Source of the DNA: an uncultured Victivallales bacterium
GTDB lineage: Bacteria > Verrucomicrobiota > Lentisphaeria > Oligosphaerales > JAFGRS01
NCBI GenBank assembly: GCA_903837355.1
Contig: CAILUI010000200.1
Location: 2,311 to 66,310 of the forward strand
Direction: 5' to 3'
Length of the DNA: 64,000 bases
In this document: piece by piece, positions 53,914-62,599 of the stretch
Position numbering within the stretch: position 1 is the first letter of the stretch
Layout: each line of letters opens with the position of its first letter
The notes under the pieces: generated by a model
Databases searched by the model: none
What the model saw: only the letters and a program-made list of their open reading frames with translations
Told to the model about the DNA's origin: nothing
Position numbers and translations under genes: made by a program

Positions 53914-55920
53914 TCAGCGCCGCACGCCGCGGTAGAGTCGCACCGCCTCGGGCTGGTACTCTTCGGGCTTCGGCGTGTCGGCCTCGAGGGTCGAGCCCTC
54001 GGCGGCGGGCGTGGGTTTGTCGGTGGCGGCCTTGCCGGCGTCAGGAACGGGCGCGGCCTCGGTGTAGAGACGCAGAAGCGTCATCTGGCCCGGGAACCAC
54101 TGCGCCCGAACTGCCTTCTGGCGGCGCAGGTCGAGTGGGGGAGTGAGCGGAGTCCATTCGACGGCCGGCACGACGGGAGCGCCGCTATCGCAGAGGGCAT
54201 AGACAGCATCGCGGTACGGGCTGGCGGCGGGGTCCTCGCCCGAACGCATGCCGAGGGATGGGGCCTCCGGGACGACGTCACCCAGCACCTGGCGTGGGCC
54301 GGGGATGGGGAGCGGGATCTGCGCTTTCGGGTCCAGCACGCGGACCACGGGCCGGCCTAGATAGAAGCAGACGGACAGGTAGTAGTTGGCCGTCTGCCGG
54401 TAGATGATCGATTCGGACAGCGGCCGGTGGAGCAGCGCCGGACCAGCGGCCGGACCCGCCGCTGCCGGGAGGGCGGTCGCCGAGGCCGCCACCGCGGCTG
54501 GGGTTGCAGCAGTGCCCGGCGCGGTGCCCGTCTCCGCCGTGATGGCGGGTTTGACCACGAGGAAGTCGGGAGGCACGATCTGCCCAGCGAGGGCCAGGCC
54601 GGCCAGGCGCTGCTCGCTACCGGACCATGACTCCCAGACCGCCTGCTGGGTCTGGATGCCGCAGGCCAGCACCATAAACGCAATGATCAGATGGGTATGA
54701 TACGGCAAGGCCCGCAGCGGCCCGCGCAGGGCCAGCATGGCGATCACCAGCATGACGAGGAGGAGCGCGCCATTCCAGGTCATCAGGCCAGGCAGCATCC
54801 CGTCGAAACGGACGATATCGGTGAGGTGCAAAGCGGCGATGGCCGCCCCGCCGGCGGCGACGGCCGCCCCGGCTGCCAACAGCGTCTGGTTGAGGCGATA
54901 GAGGTGGAGGTGGTGGCGGCGCACCAGCAACTCGGCGTGCAGGCCGGTCATGATGGCAATCGGCCCCAACGCGGGCAACAGGGCCAACGGCGAGAGCTTG
55001 GGGGTCAGCCAGGCCGCCACAAAGGCCGAGATGACGATGGTCCGCAGGTAGTGGAAGACCACAGGACTGCTCTCGAGCGGCCGGTATGCCATGCAGAACG
55101 CCGGCCAGAACAGGAAGGGCCAGGGCATGAGGTAAAGGATGCACTTGACCGGAAACAGGATCATCTCGACAGGATAGCTCAACGTGACCCTGGGCAGGGT
55201 GTTCAACTCATTCCAGGGCAGGAAGATCTGGTTGGGGACCTGGCGCAACCAGAAGACCAGAACCCCCACCGTGACCGCCAGCACGGCGAGATGCGACGGC
55301 AGCAGCAGTCGCCGGCGCCCTTTGACGGGGCGGCGAAGGAAGATGAACGGGAGGTAGAAGAAGGCGACAGCGCGCGCGCCGGCAGTGAAGGCTGCCGGAA
55401 CCACGAAGAGCATGGCACCGATCCAGGCGAGCGTCCAGCGCTTGCGCCGTTGCCCCACCGAGTACCAGGTCATCCAGGCGGCGCAGAGCAACAGCGCCAG
55501 CAGGGGCTCGCTCTGCGCCCGCGTGCCGGCCCGCAAGGCCGCGGGGTTACAGATGACCATCGCGGCCGCGACGGCACCCGCAACCGGTCCGCCGCGGCGG
55601 TAGCCGACCGTCCCGCAAAGGGCGGCGAGCGCGACGAGGCAGAGCACGGCGGGCAGGCGAAGGGCGACCTCAGGGGACAGGCCAGACTTCTGGCAGGCTG
55701 CCACCAGCCAGGAGTAACCGGGGTAGGCCGGCTGGGGGGCCCCATGCACCGTCGTTACCCAGGCAGCGCCGGTGCGCACCATATCGGCGGCGACGCTGGC
55801 GTACAGAGCCTCGCCCTTACGCACCTCGCGGGTCGTCATATTGGGCAAAAACAACACGGCCGCAGTCAGTACCAGCAGCCACAGGTCGCGGGCCGAAAAT
55901 GTGCGCTCCTCTGCAGGCAT
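53914..55920 (-). CDS. ArnT/PMT-like (GT83/GT39) polytopic glycosyltransferase
   Basis: EALYASVAADM, PGYSWL and ALRLPA motifs, many TM segments and a periplasmic C-terminal region. Confidence 0.7.
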   Translation of the reverse strand: MPAEERTFSARDLWLLVLTAAVLFLPNMTTREVRKGEALYASVAADMVRTGAAWVTTVHGAPQPAYPGYSWLVAACQKSGLSPEVALRLPAVLCLVALAALCGTVGYRRGGPVAGAVAAAMVICNPAALRAGTRAQSEPLLALLLCAAWMTWYSVGQRRKRWTLAWIGAMLFVVPAAFTAGARAVAFFYLPFIFLRRPVKGRRRLLLPSHLAVLAVTVGVLVFWLRQVPNQIFLPWNELNTLPRVTLSYPVEMILFPVKCILYLMPWPFLFWPAFCMAYRPLESSPVVFHYLRTIVISAFVAAWLTPKLSPLALLPALGPIAIMTGLHAELLVRRHHLHLYRLNQTLLAAGAAVAAGGAAIAALHLTDIVRFDGMLPGLMTWNGALLLVMLVIAMLALRGPLRALPYHTHLIIAFMVLACGIQTQQAVWESWSGSEQRLAGLALAGQIVPPDFLVVKPAITAETGTAPGTAATPAAVAASATALPAAAGPAAGPALLHRPLSESIIYRQTANYYLSVCFYLGRPVVRVLDPKAQIPLPIPGPRQVLGDVVPEAPSLGMRSGEDPAASPYRDAVYALCDSGAPVVPAVEWTPLTPPLDLRRQKAVRAQWFPGQMTLLRLYTEAAPVPDAGKAATDKPTPAAEGSTLEADTPKPEEYQPEAVRLYRGVRR

Positions 55921-55972
55921 CGGTGGCTCCGTCAGACAGCTCCGGGCACGGGCCAGTAGGCTTACGCCGCGA

Positions 55973-56093
55973 GTAACTACTCAGGTAGGCTTCCTGACTT
56001 CGGCCTCGGGGTCGGAATCGATTCGCCAAGCCTGCCGACCCCGATACCGACGCCGACCCCGAACTGAGCTCGGCGGAATACCTGAGTCGTTAC
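55973..56093. mobile_element. MITE C (121 bp) with inverted hexamer-repeat core
   Basis: TIR GTAACTACTCAGGTA / TACCTGAGTCGTTAC (14/15). Flanks CGCCGCGA and CGCCAGCGA form a degenerate 8-bp TSD. Internal CCGAnn repeats face TCGGnn repeats. Confidence 0.75.
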
Positions 56094-56111
56094 CGCCAGC
56101 GAGACCGGGGT

Positions 56112-56140
56112 ACTATACCGGTCCGCCGTGGCTCTGTCAC
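56112..56140 (-). promoter_or_regulatory. Sigma70-type promoter for the ArnT-like gene
   Basis: GTGACA-N17-TATAGT on the minus strand. Confidence 0.5.
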
Positions 56141-56190
56141 ACGGGTACGGCATTGCCGTGGTCCAGTTCGTCCAGTCCGTCATCCGGCGC

Positions 56191-56724
56191 TCACTCGAAA
56201 TCGCGCAGGATTTCATCGCGCGCTGCACGCAGTTGCCGCAGGATCTCGGGGGCCGTGATCTGTGCGGCGCCGCGCCGGTAGTAGCCCTCGGCCAGGGTCG
56301 GATCGCGCAAATCACGGGCGGCGATGTCCATCATGCTCACGAAGCAGCGGCTCTCCTGGGGGTGTTCCTGCAGCACCCGCTCGTACTCCGCCAGGGCCTC
56401 CAGAGGCTGGCCCTGAGCCCGCTTGCCTTCGGCGATGCTGAACACGGGTTGCGGCCGCTCGAACTGGCGGTCGGGGAAGAACAGGCCGCCGGCAAGGCCG
56501 CCGAGGCGTTGGGCCACCCAGGGCGCGAGCAGGAGGCCGGCGCCGATGAAACAGGCCGCCGCCATGAGCATGGCCCCCGCCGCGGCGAAGCCGCCCAGGC
56601 GCAGGCCCGCAACCATGACCGCCAGCCCCCCCACCAGCAGCGGGACCGCCACCGCCAAGCGGGCCAGGAGGTCGTTCCTCGGGTTCTCAGACCACTGCGA
56701 CACGCTCTCGGACCACCTACGCAT
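56191..56724 (-). CDS. Hypothetical membrane protein with TPR-like C-terminus
   Basis: Two TM helices followed by TPR-like helices ([14 protein letters not shown]). Confidence 0.65.
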   Translation of the reverse strand: MRRWSESVSQWSENPRNDLLARLAVAVPLLVGGLAVMVAGLRLGGFAAAGAMLMAAACFIGAGLLLAPWVAQRLGGLAGGLFFPDRQFERPQPVFSIAEGKRAQGQPLEALAEYERVLQEHPQESRCFVSMMDIAARDLRDPTLAEGYYRRGAAQITAPEILRQLRAARDEILRDFE

Positions 56725-56881
56725 CTGGGTGCCCTCCCGGCCGACCGCCGACCACGTCCGACCCAATGTAGCCCCGGGCGCACCCGGTTGCTGCGGCCGG
56801 TGGCCCGCAAGGCTCCGGGCTCCCTGCGGCACCCCCGGCAGCAGGCGGGTAAGTAGGTCGGGGAATCCCGCCGGGCTGGGG

Positions 56882-56909
56882 TTGCGTCGCGAGACTGCCC
56901 CGCTATGGT
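56882..56909 (+). promoter_or_regulatory. Sigma70-type promoter for the prepilin gene
   Basis: TTGCGT-N16-TATGGT. Confidence 0.4.
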
Positions 56910-56968
56910 CTACGCTTCCGCGCTGCTATCTACACACCCGGCGCGGGGAAAACCAGAAAAGGAGTAGG

Positions 56969-57637
56969 ATGACCATGCGCAGACCGAGACGACAATCCGC
57001 AGGTAGAGCTTTCACCCTCATCGAGTTGCTGGTGGTAATCGCCATCATCGCCATCCTCGCGGCCATGCTGCTGCCAGCTCTCTCCAAGGCGCGAGCCAAA
57101 GCCCAGGCCATCAGTTGCACCAGCCAGCAGAAGCAGCTCGTCCTCGGCTTCACCATGTACACCAACGACTACAACCAGTACGTCCCCATGGCCTGCTACG
57201 GCGTGGGCAACACCTGCTGGGACCGGCGCGATTACAACTACAAGACCGGCGCCAACACGAGTGCCTTCGCGATCTATCCCTACATCGGGGACTGGAATGT
57301 CTACTTCTGCTCGACGGTCGACGTTCCCGGCGATGTGTCCGCCAGCACCTACAGCTACAACCGCGAGATCGGCTGGAACGGCGGCGTCAAGAAAACCTCG
57401 GCGCTGCCCAGGCCCAGCATCACCATCGCCTATGGCGAGGGCAACGGCCTGCGCTGGATGCCCTATGACCTCGGTTGCTGCGGGGGCGGCGCGGTAGCGC
57501 ACAAGCTGGCACCGAACCACAATAACGGCGTGAACCTGGCCTTTGCCGATGGCCACGCGAGCTGGTTCAACATCAAGCAGATCCCCGATACCGACACCCA
57601 GAACAGCGTCGTCTGGGTGCGCTCGAACCCGCCGTGA
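56969..57637 (+). CDS. Prepilin-type N-terminal cleavage/methylation protein, DUF1559 / H-X9-DG family
   Basis: [29 protein letters not shown] and [22 protein letters not shown]. Confidence 0.93.
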   Translation: MTMRRPRRQSAGRAFTLIELLVVIAIIAILAAMLLPALSKARAKAQAISCTSQQKQLVLGFTMYTNDYNQYVPMACYGVGNTCWDRRDYNYKTGANTSAFAIYPYIGDWNVYFCSTVDVPGDVSASTYSYNREIGWNGGVKKTSALPRPSITIAYGEGNGLRWMPYDLGCCGGGAVAHKLAPNHNNGVNLAFADGHASWFNIKQIPDTDTQNSVVWVRSNPP

Positions 57638-57674
57638 GCTCGCGACGCGAGCCGGCCTAACCTAACGCCGGCAG

Positions 57675-57727
57675 AAAAACAACGGCGCCCTGGCGAGCTT
57701 CGATTCGCCAGGGCGCCGTTTTCATTT
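57675..57727. terminator. Bidirectional rho-independent terminator
   Basis: 16-bp perfect stem AACGGCGCCCTGGCGA / TCGCCAGGGCGCCGTT with A-rich and T-rich flanks, between convergent genes. Confidence 0.85.
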
Positions 57728-57771
57728 CCTAGGCCCCGCCGCGATGGCGGCGTGGCCCAACGTTGCCGTGC

Positions 57772-58215
57772 TTACTTGACTTCCTTGACCGGCTCGACCA
57801 CCTTCGTCTCGGCGGCCGGCAGCGTGTAGCCACAGCTCTTGCTGGCGGCGCCGCAGGTCTTGGCCGCACCGCAGGCCGTGGTCGTCGCGGCAGGCGTCGT
57901 GGCCGTGGTCGTCGCGGCGGCAGCAGGGCAGGTCTTGGCGGCGGGGCAGGTGGCGCACTTGGTCGCATCGCCCTTGCAGCAGCCGACCTTGCAGTCACCC
58001 GTACACTTGGCGACAGGCTGGGTGGCGTCGGCGCCCTGAGCCTTGGGACAGGCCACGCACTTCACGGCCGGGGCGGTCGTGACCGCGGTGGTCGCGGCAG
58101 CCGCCTTCGCGGCCTCAGCCTTGGCCTTGCAGCCGCAGTTCTCGCAGGCACTGACCCAACTGGCCGTGCCCAGCAGAGCCGCCATCAGCACCACACTCAT
58201 CGTGATCTTCTTCAT
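57772..58215 (-). CDS. Exported Cys/Ala/Thr/Lys-rich small protein (15 Cys)
   Basis: AAGGAG RBS, MKK + hydrophobic signal ending VSA|C, CxxC, CC and CxC motifs, and a downstream terminator. Confidence 0.75.
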   Translation of the reverse strand: MKKITMSVVLMAALLGTASWVSACENCGCKAKAEAAKAAAATTAVTTAPAVKCVACPKAQGADATQPVAKCTGDCKVGCCKGDATKCATCPAAKTCPAAAATTTATTPAATTTACGAAKTCGAASKSCGYTLPAAETKVVEPVKEVK

Positions 58216-58467
58216 CGCCCTACTCCTTCTGTGTTTGCCTTCGGTTTGCCGGTCTCAACACTCCCCCGAACCCGTGATCCGGTCTGGCGGAGTGCAGCGG
58301 ACTATACCCTTTGATGGCTGCAGCGCCCACGAGTTCCCGCCGATTCTCGAATTAGCCATGAAATTCATCTCATCCCGTGCGGCAGGCTGGCGGCGGCCCT
58401 CCAGAGTCGTCCCCCGGCGGTATGGTAGGGAGGCGGTCGAGTCCAGGTTGCGACCAAGGAGGCCACG

Positions 58468-59292
58468 ATGCAGTATCCCATGGGGGAAGCTTTGCTGGGG
58501 GCGATCAAGGGGACCGTACCCGCGGCCGGGCGGGCGGTATTGTGGTGGCTCGGGCAGCACAGCTTCGTGCTGCGGCTGGGAGCGGCCACGGTCTACATCG
58601 ACCCTTACCTGACGGACAACCCGCGACGCCGGGTGCGCCCCCTCCTGGACGCAGCCGCCGTCACCAACGCCGATATCATCATTGGCACGCATGATCACAG
58701 CGACCACATCGACCGCCCGGTCTGGCCGCTCCTGGCGCAGGCCTCGCCCCAGGCCGTCTTCGTGGTCCCCGAGTTGCTGCGCACGGCGCTGACCGCGGAC
58801 CTCGGCCTGCCGGCGGCGCGCGTCCGCGGTCTTGACGACGGGCGCGTACTCGAACTCTGCGGGCTGCGCCTGCACGGCCTTCCCGCCGCTCACGAACTCC
58901 TCGAACCCGACCCGCTCAGCGGCGGGTACCGCGCCCTCGGCGTGGTCATCGAGGGTGGTGGCTGCAGCGTGTATCACGCCGGGGATACGTGCATCTACGA
59001 GGGCATGCAGGAGCGGTTGCGCGCCTTCCGCCTCGCCGCGGCGCTGCTCCCCATCAATGGCCGCGACGCGGAGCGGCTGGCGCGCAACTGCATCGGCAAC
59101 ATGACCTTCCAGGAGGCCGCAGACCTGGCGGGCGCAATCCGTCCAGGGGTGACCCTCTGCGCCCATTTCGACATGTTCATGGGCAACATGGAAGACCCGC
59201 GGAAGTTTGCCGACTACATGCGCGTCAAATACCCCGACCTGACCACGGTCATCCCCGAGTACGGGATCGGTATCGAGGTGGGGGCATGCTGA
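58468..59292 (+). CDS. MBL-fold metallo-hydrolase, UlaG-like
   Basis: Motifs WWLGQHSF, IDPYL, THDHSDHID, YHAGDT and LPING. Confidence 0.88.
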   Translation: MQYPMGEALLGAIKGTVPAAGRAVLWWLGQHSFVLRLGAATVYIDPYLTDNPRRRVRPLLDAAAVTNADIIIGTHDHSDHIDRPVWPLLAQASPQAVFVVPELLRTALTADLGLPAARVRGLDDGRVLELCGLRLHGLPAAHELLEPDPLSGGYRALGVVIEGGGCSVYHAGDTCIYEGMQERLRAFRLAAALLPINGRDAERLARNCIGNMTFQEAADLAGAIRPGVTLCAHFDMFMGNMEDPRKFADYMRVKYPDLTTVIPEYGIGIEVGAC

Positions 59293-59308
59293 AACGGGGG
59301 CGCTGCGA

Positions 59309-60124
59309 CTAGAGCTTCTTGACGGCGTAGGGGTGGTCCTGTTTCAGGACGACCTCGATGGCGAAGCGCACGTCGGTACTGGGGACGCCTGACTGCGAGC
59401 CAATCTTCTCCAGGCGATCCAGGACCTGCTGGCCGGCCACGACCTTGCCGAAGACGGTGTGCTTACCGTTGAGATGTGCGGCCGCAGCGAAGCAGAGGAA
59501 GAACTGGCTGCCGTTGGTATTCCGGCCGGCATTGGCCATCGAGAGGATGCCGCGATCCGTGTGTTTGAGGCTATCGTTGACTTCATCGGCGAAGGTGTAG
59601 CCGGGCCCGCCGGTTCCGGGCTGCCCCGTGGCGCCCTGCTTCGAGTTCGGGCAACCGCCCTGCGCCATAAAGCCCGGAATGATGCGGTGGAAGCTCATGC
59701 CTTTGTAGAAGCCCTTATCAGCGAGCTCGACCAGGTTCGCCACCGTGTTGGGGACCTTGTCCTCGTAGAGTTCCACCAGCATATCCCCTTTGCCCGTCGT
59801 GATCCGAACCACGGGGTTGGTGGGGTTTGACAGCAACTCGCGGATTTCCTCCGGGGCAATGGGCAACGGCGCGTCTTGTACGGCTGCCGCTGCGGCCGCG
59901 GGTGCCGCGCTCACGGGCGTCGTCTCGACGGCGGCACCCGGCGGGGGACGGTTACGGCGGCCGGCAGCAAAGCTGAGGGCGCCCACGAAGGCCGCTAGCG
60001 CCAGACCGACGGCGAGGTACAGGAAGAACAGGCGCCGCTGCCGCTGCGCTTCCTCGCGGGTTACGGCCGCACCGTCTGCCCCCTGATTCCAACGTGACAC
60101 GGAATGCTCCTCTGGTGTGCTCAT
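59309..60124 (-). CDS. Cyclophilin-type peptidyl-prolyl isomerase with N-terminal membrane anchor
   Basis: Motifs FHRIIPGFMAQGG, LSMANAGRNTNGSQFF and HLNGKHTVFG. Confidence 0.93.
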   Translation of the reverse strand: MSTPEEHSVSRWNQGADGAAVTREEAQRQRRLFFLYLAVGLALAAFVGALSFAAGRRNRPPPGAAVETTPVSAAPAAAAAAVQDAPLPIAPEEIRELLSNPTNPVVRITTGKGDMLVELYEDKVPNTVANLVELADKGFYKGMSFHRIIPGFMAQGGCPNSKQGATGQPGTGGPGYTFADEVNDSLKHTDRGILSMANAGRNTNGSQFFLCFAAAAHLNGKHTVFGKVVAGQQVLDRLEKIGSQSGVPSTDVRFAIEVVLKQDHPYAVKKL

Positions 60125-60252
60125 GGTCGGTACCCCGTGGATGCCGCTACGGTATGCGGGCCGCCGGGCGGCGTAGCGCGCCGCTGCCGCCGATTCCCTG
60201 GTTACAACATAGCGGGGGCGGCGGCCGCCCGCAATCCGCGCCCGCCGGCGAG

Positions 60253-60427
60253 CCGGGCTGTTCCAAGATCGCGGTTCCCGCTACGGGTGAGCGCGTGAGA
60301 ACGTGAAGGCGTGGATTCGTGACAGACGGGCGGCACACGCGCCGTAACCCTCACGCAATCACGCTCTCTCGCTTTCACCGTGCCGGTGACCAAGACCGAT
60401 GGTCGTTGGGAAAACGGAACAGCCCTG
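60253..60427. mobile_element. MITE B, copy 2
   Basis: Collinear with 12883-13057 with a few substitutions. TIR 11/12; flanks GCCGGCGAG / GGCGGCGAG match 8/9. Confidence 0.9.
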
Positions 60428-60476
60428 GGCGGCGAGCCGGGCCGGCGGGCGGTCTTCCCGTGCGCCCTGGGGGTGC

Positions 60477-62339
60477 TCAGCGGCGCAGCCTCTCGAGCTT
60501 CTTGCGTACCCGTGCTGCCTCCTCCTGATCGCCGTCATTCTCGAGGGCCTGCAGCATAATGTTGAGGAAGATGGCGCGGTTCTTTTCACTGTCGCCGTAG
60601 AGGGTGTCGAGGGTGGCGAGGTAGCGCTTGAGGAAGCGGACGGCCTCGGTGGTCTGGCGGGTGTCGACCGTCAGCTTGAGGTACTCGTCGAGGAGACTGG
60701 CCAGCTTCTGGCCTTCCTGCTTCTGGTCCTTGAGGAGGCTCTCCAACTGCTGCCGGGCGCCGGCGTAATCGCCCTTCTCGTAGGCGATGCGGACCTGTTC
60801 GGAGACCAGGGAGCGCGCCAAGTCGTCGCGGTGGTCATTGAGGTTGCGGACATGTCGCTTCAGCAGTCGCTCGGCGGCAGCATCATCGCCGAGCTGGCGC
60901 AAGGCCTCGGCCTGCCGGGTGTCGATGCCTGCCAGGATGTCGGGGTAGCGGCGGAAGGCGAGCGCCTGGCGGGCGAGCACATCGGCCAGGCCGCGCCAGT
61001 CCTTGGCCTCTTTGAGGATCTCCTCCTGGACGATCCACGGCAGTTCATAGAGGGGTGAACGCTCCAGGCTACGCTCTGCCGTCTGGCGGGCCCCGGCCAG
61101 GTAGCCGAGCTTCCAGAGGACGAAGGCGAGCCGCCCGAGGCGAGCGGCGGCGCTGAAGTCGTCGTCGTGCAGGGCCCGGTCGCAGAGGAAGCTCACTTCG
61201 TGGTCGGACATGGGCTGGTTGGTCTGGGCGTTGAGCGCGTAGCCCGTGGCGAGTTTGTCGTAGGTGTAGCGCCCGACGTCCATCTCCCACTTCTCGGTGC
61301 CCTTCATGTAGCCATACCAGGCGTGACCGCCACGCCGGCCCTCGCCCACGAACAGGAGAGCCGGCACGCCGTAGGCACGGGCGCAGAACGTGGCGTAGTA
61401 GGCCTGATCCGTGCAGATGCCCCCTTTCTCCTTGATGGCCGCCAGGGTGTAGGGACCGTCGGGCCACTGGTACGCCTCACGTTCGATCCGGCGCTCGTCA
61501 TAGCGGATGTCGAAGAACTTGCGCTCCCAGTTGGTGGGGCGGACGTTCTGGCGCACCCACTCGAGCTCGGAGAGCGGCACCGGCGTATCGACCACACTGG
61601 TCAGGGCCGTCACCGAGAGCCGGGCATAGGGGATGTCCGCACGCTTCGAGGCGTAGAGGTCATGGAAATAGTCGTAGCGCTGCGTGATCGCTTCAGTGAA
61701 GGGTAGTTGGCCATTGCCCATCTGCGGCTGCGGGGGCGGCCGGGGTTGGTCCCAGACCAGGGCCAGGGCCAGGATCAATCGCCGGTAATCGTCGCGGCCC
61801 TTGGGGTCATGGTCGAACAAGGTCTCCACGATGCGGTACGCCGCCGGCCGGTCATCCTGCGGGCTGATGATGTCGAGGAACCCGCGCAGCCGGCTCTCCG
61901 AGCCGAAAAGCCAGTCCGCGACCTCGCGTCGGAAACTGACTTCGCCGCCGTGTTCCTGGGTGTCGGCCAGCAGGATGAAGGCATCGGCAACGCGCAGCAA
62001 GACTGCGAGCTCGCCCTCGCTGGGCACGTCGGTCTTGGATCTAAGGGCCTGGCCGAAGACCTTCACCAAGGCCTCGAGGCCCTCGGGAATGCGCTTCGCG
62101 ACTAGCGCCTCAATGGCCAGTTCGCGGTAGAGTCCCTGGACGCCGGGCGCGCCGGGATCGGCCAGGATGCGTGCCCGCCGAGCCGCGAGGTGATCCTCGG
62201 CAGCCTGGAGCGACCCCAGCGCCAGCGCCAGGACTACCGCGCCACGGCGCCAGGCCAGGCCGGCGCCGTGGCGGCAGCGGCCAGTCGGCGTAGCCCGGGG
62301 GCGGCCGTAGGACGGAATCCGCATCGCCTTTGCCCTCAT
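60477..62339 (-). CDS. Secreted protein with transglutaminase-like Cys-His-Asp domain and TPR C-terminus (start uncertain)
   Basis: KGGICTDQA, GHAWYGY and WEMD motifs, followed by TPR-like helices. Confidence 0.6.
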   Translation of the reverse strand: MRAKAMRIPSYGRPRATPTGRCRHGAGLAWRRGAVVLALALGSLQAAEDHLAARRARILADPGAPGVQGLYRELAIEALVAKRIPEGLEALVKVFGQALRSKTDVPSEGELAVLLRVADAFILLADTQEHGGEVSFRREVADWLFGSESRLRGFLDIISPQDDRPAAYRIVETLFDHDPKGRDDYRRLILALALVWDQPRPPPQPQMGNGQLPFTEAITQRYDYFHDLYASKRADIPYARLSVTALTSVVDTPVPLSELEWVRQNVRPTNWERKFFDIRYDERRIEREAYQWPDGPYTLAAIKEKGGICTDQAYYATFCARAYGVPALLFVGEGRRGGHAWYGYMKGTEKWEMDVGRYTYDKLATGYALNAQTNQPMSDHEVSFLCDRALHDDDFSAAARLGRLAFVLWKLGYLAGARQTAERSLERSPLYELPWIVQEEILKEAKDWRGLADVLARQALAFRRYPDILAGIDTRQAEALRQLGDDAAAERLLKRHVRNLNDHRDDLARSLVSEQVRIAYEKGDYAGARQQLESLLKDQKQEGQKLASLLDEYLKLTVDTRQTTEAVRFLKRYLATLDTLYGDSEKNRAIFLNIMLQALENDGDQEEAARVRKKLERLRR

Positions 62340-62448
62340 CTGGCCACCATGCAGTCGCTTCGGCAATATGCCGTTCCGGGTGCCGGCTTGCCAGCGGCGC
62401 GAGCGGCAGCGGGCATAAGTCAGCTAAGAATCTGGGGTATGCCCGGTA

Positions 62449-62492
62449 CCCAGGGCGGTGCCCTGGGCTGAGGGATTACGCCCCTGCGGGGC
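62449..62492. repeat. Dispersed REP-like palindrome (family P), copy 2
   Basis: CCCAGGGCGGTGCCCTGGGCTGAGGGAT; the reverse complement matches 35474-35517. Confidence 0.65.
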
Positions 62493-62599
62493 TGAAGAGG
62501 CAGAGGCGAACCAGCGGCTTCTGTGAATGGGGGTGCCGCCGCCCGAGTTGGCCGCGTTGGCTCTGCCGGTGTCAGACGTCGCCGAGATGAAAGCGCAGC

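Noticed and set aside
55973-56093. tRNA or other known ncRNA
   Set aside because: No cloverleaf or TTCG T-loop in the right context. Better explained by TIRs plus TSD.
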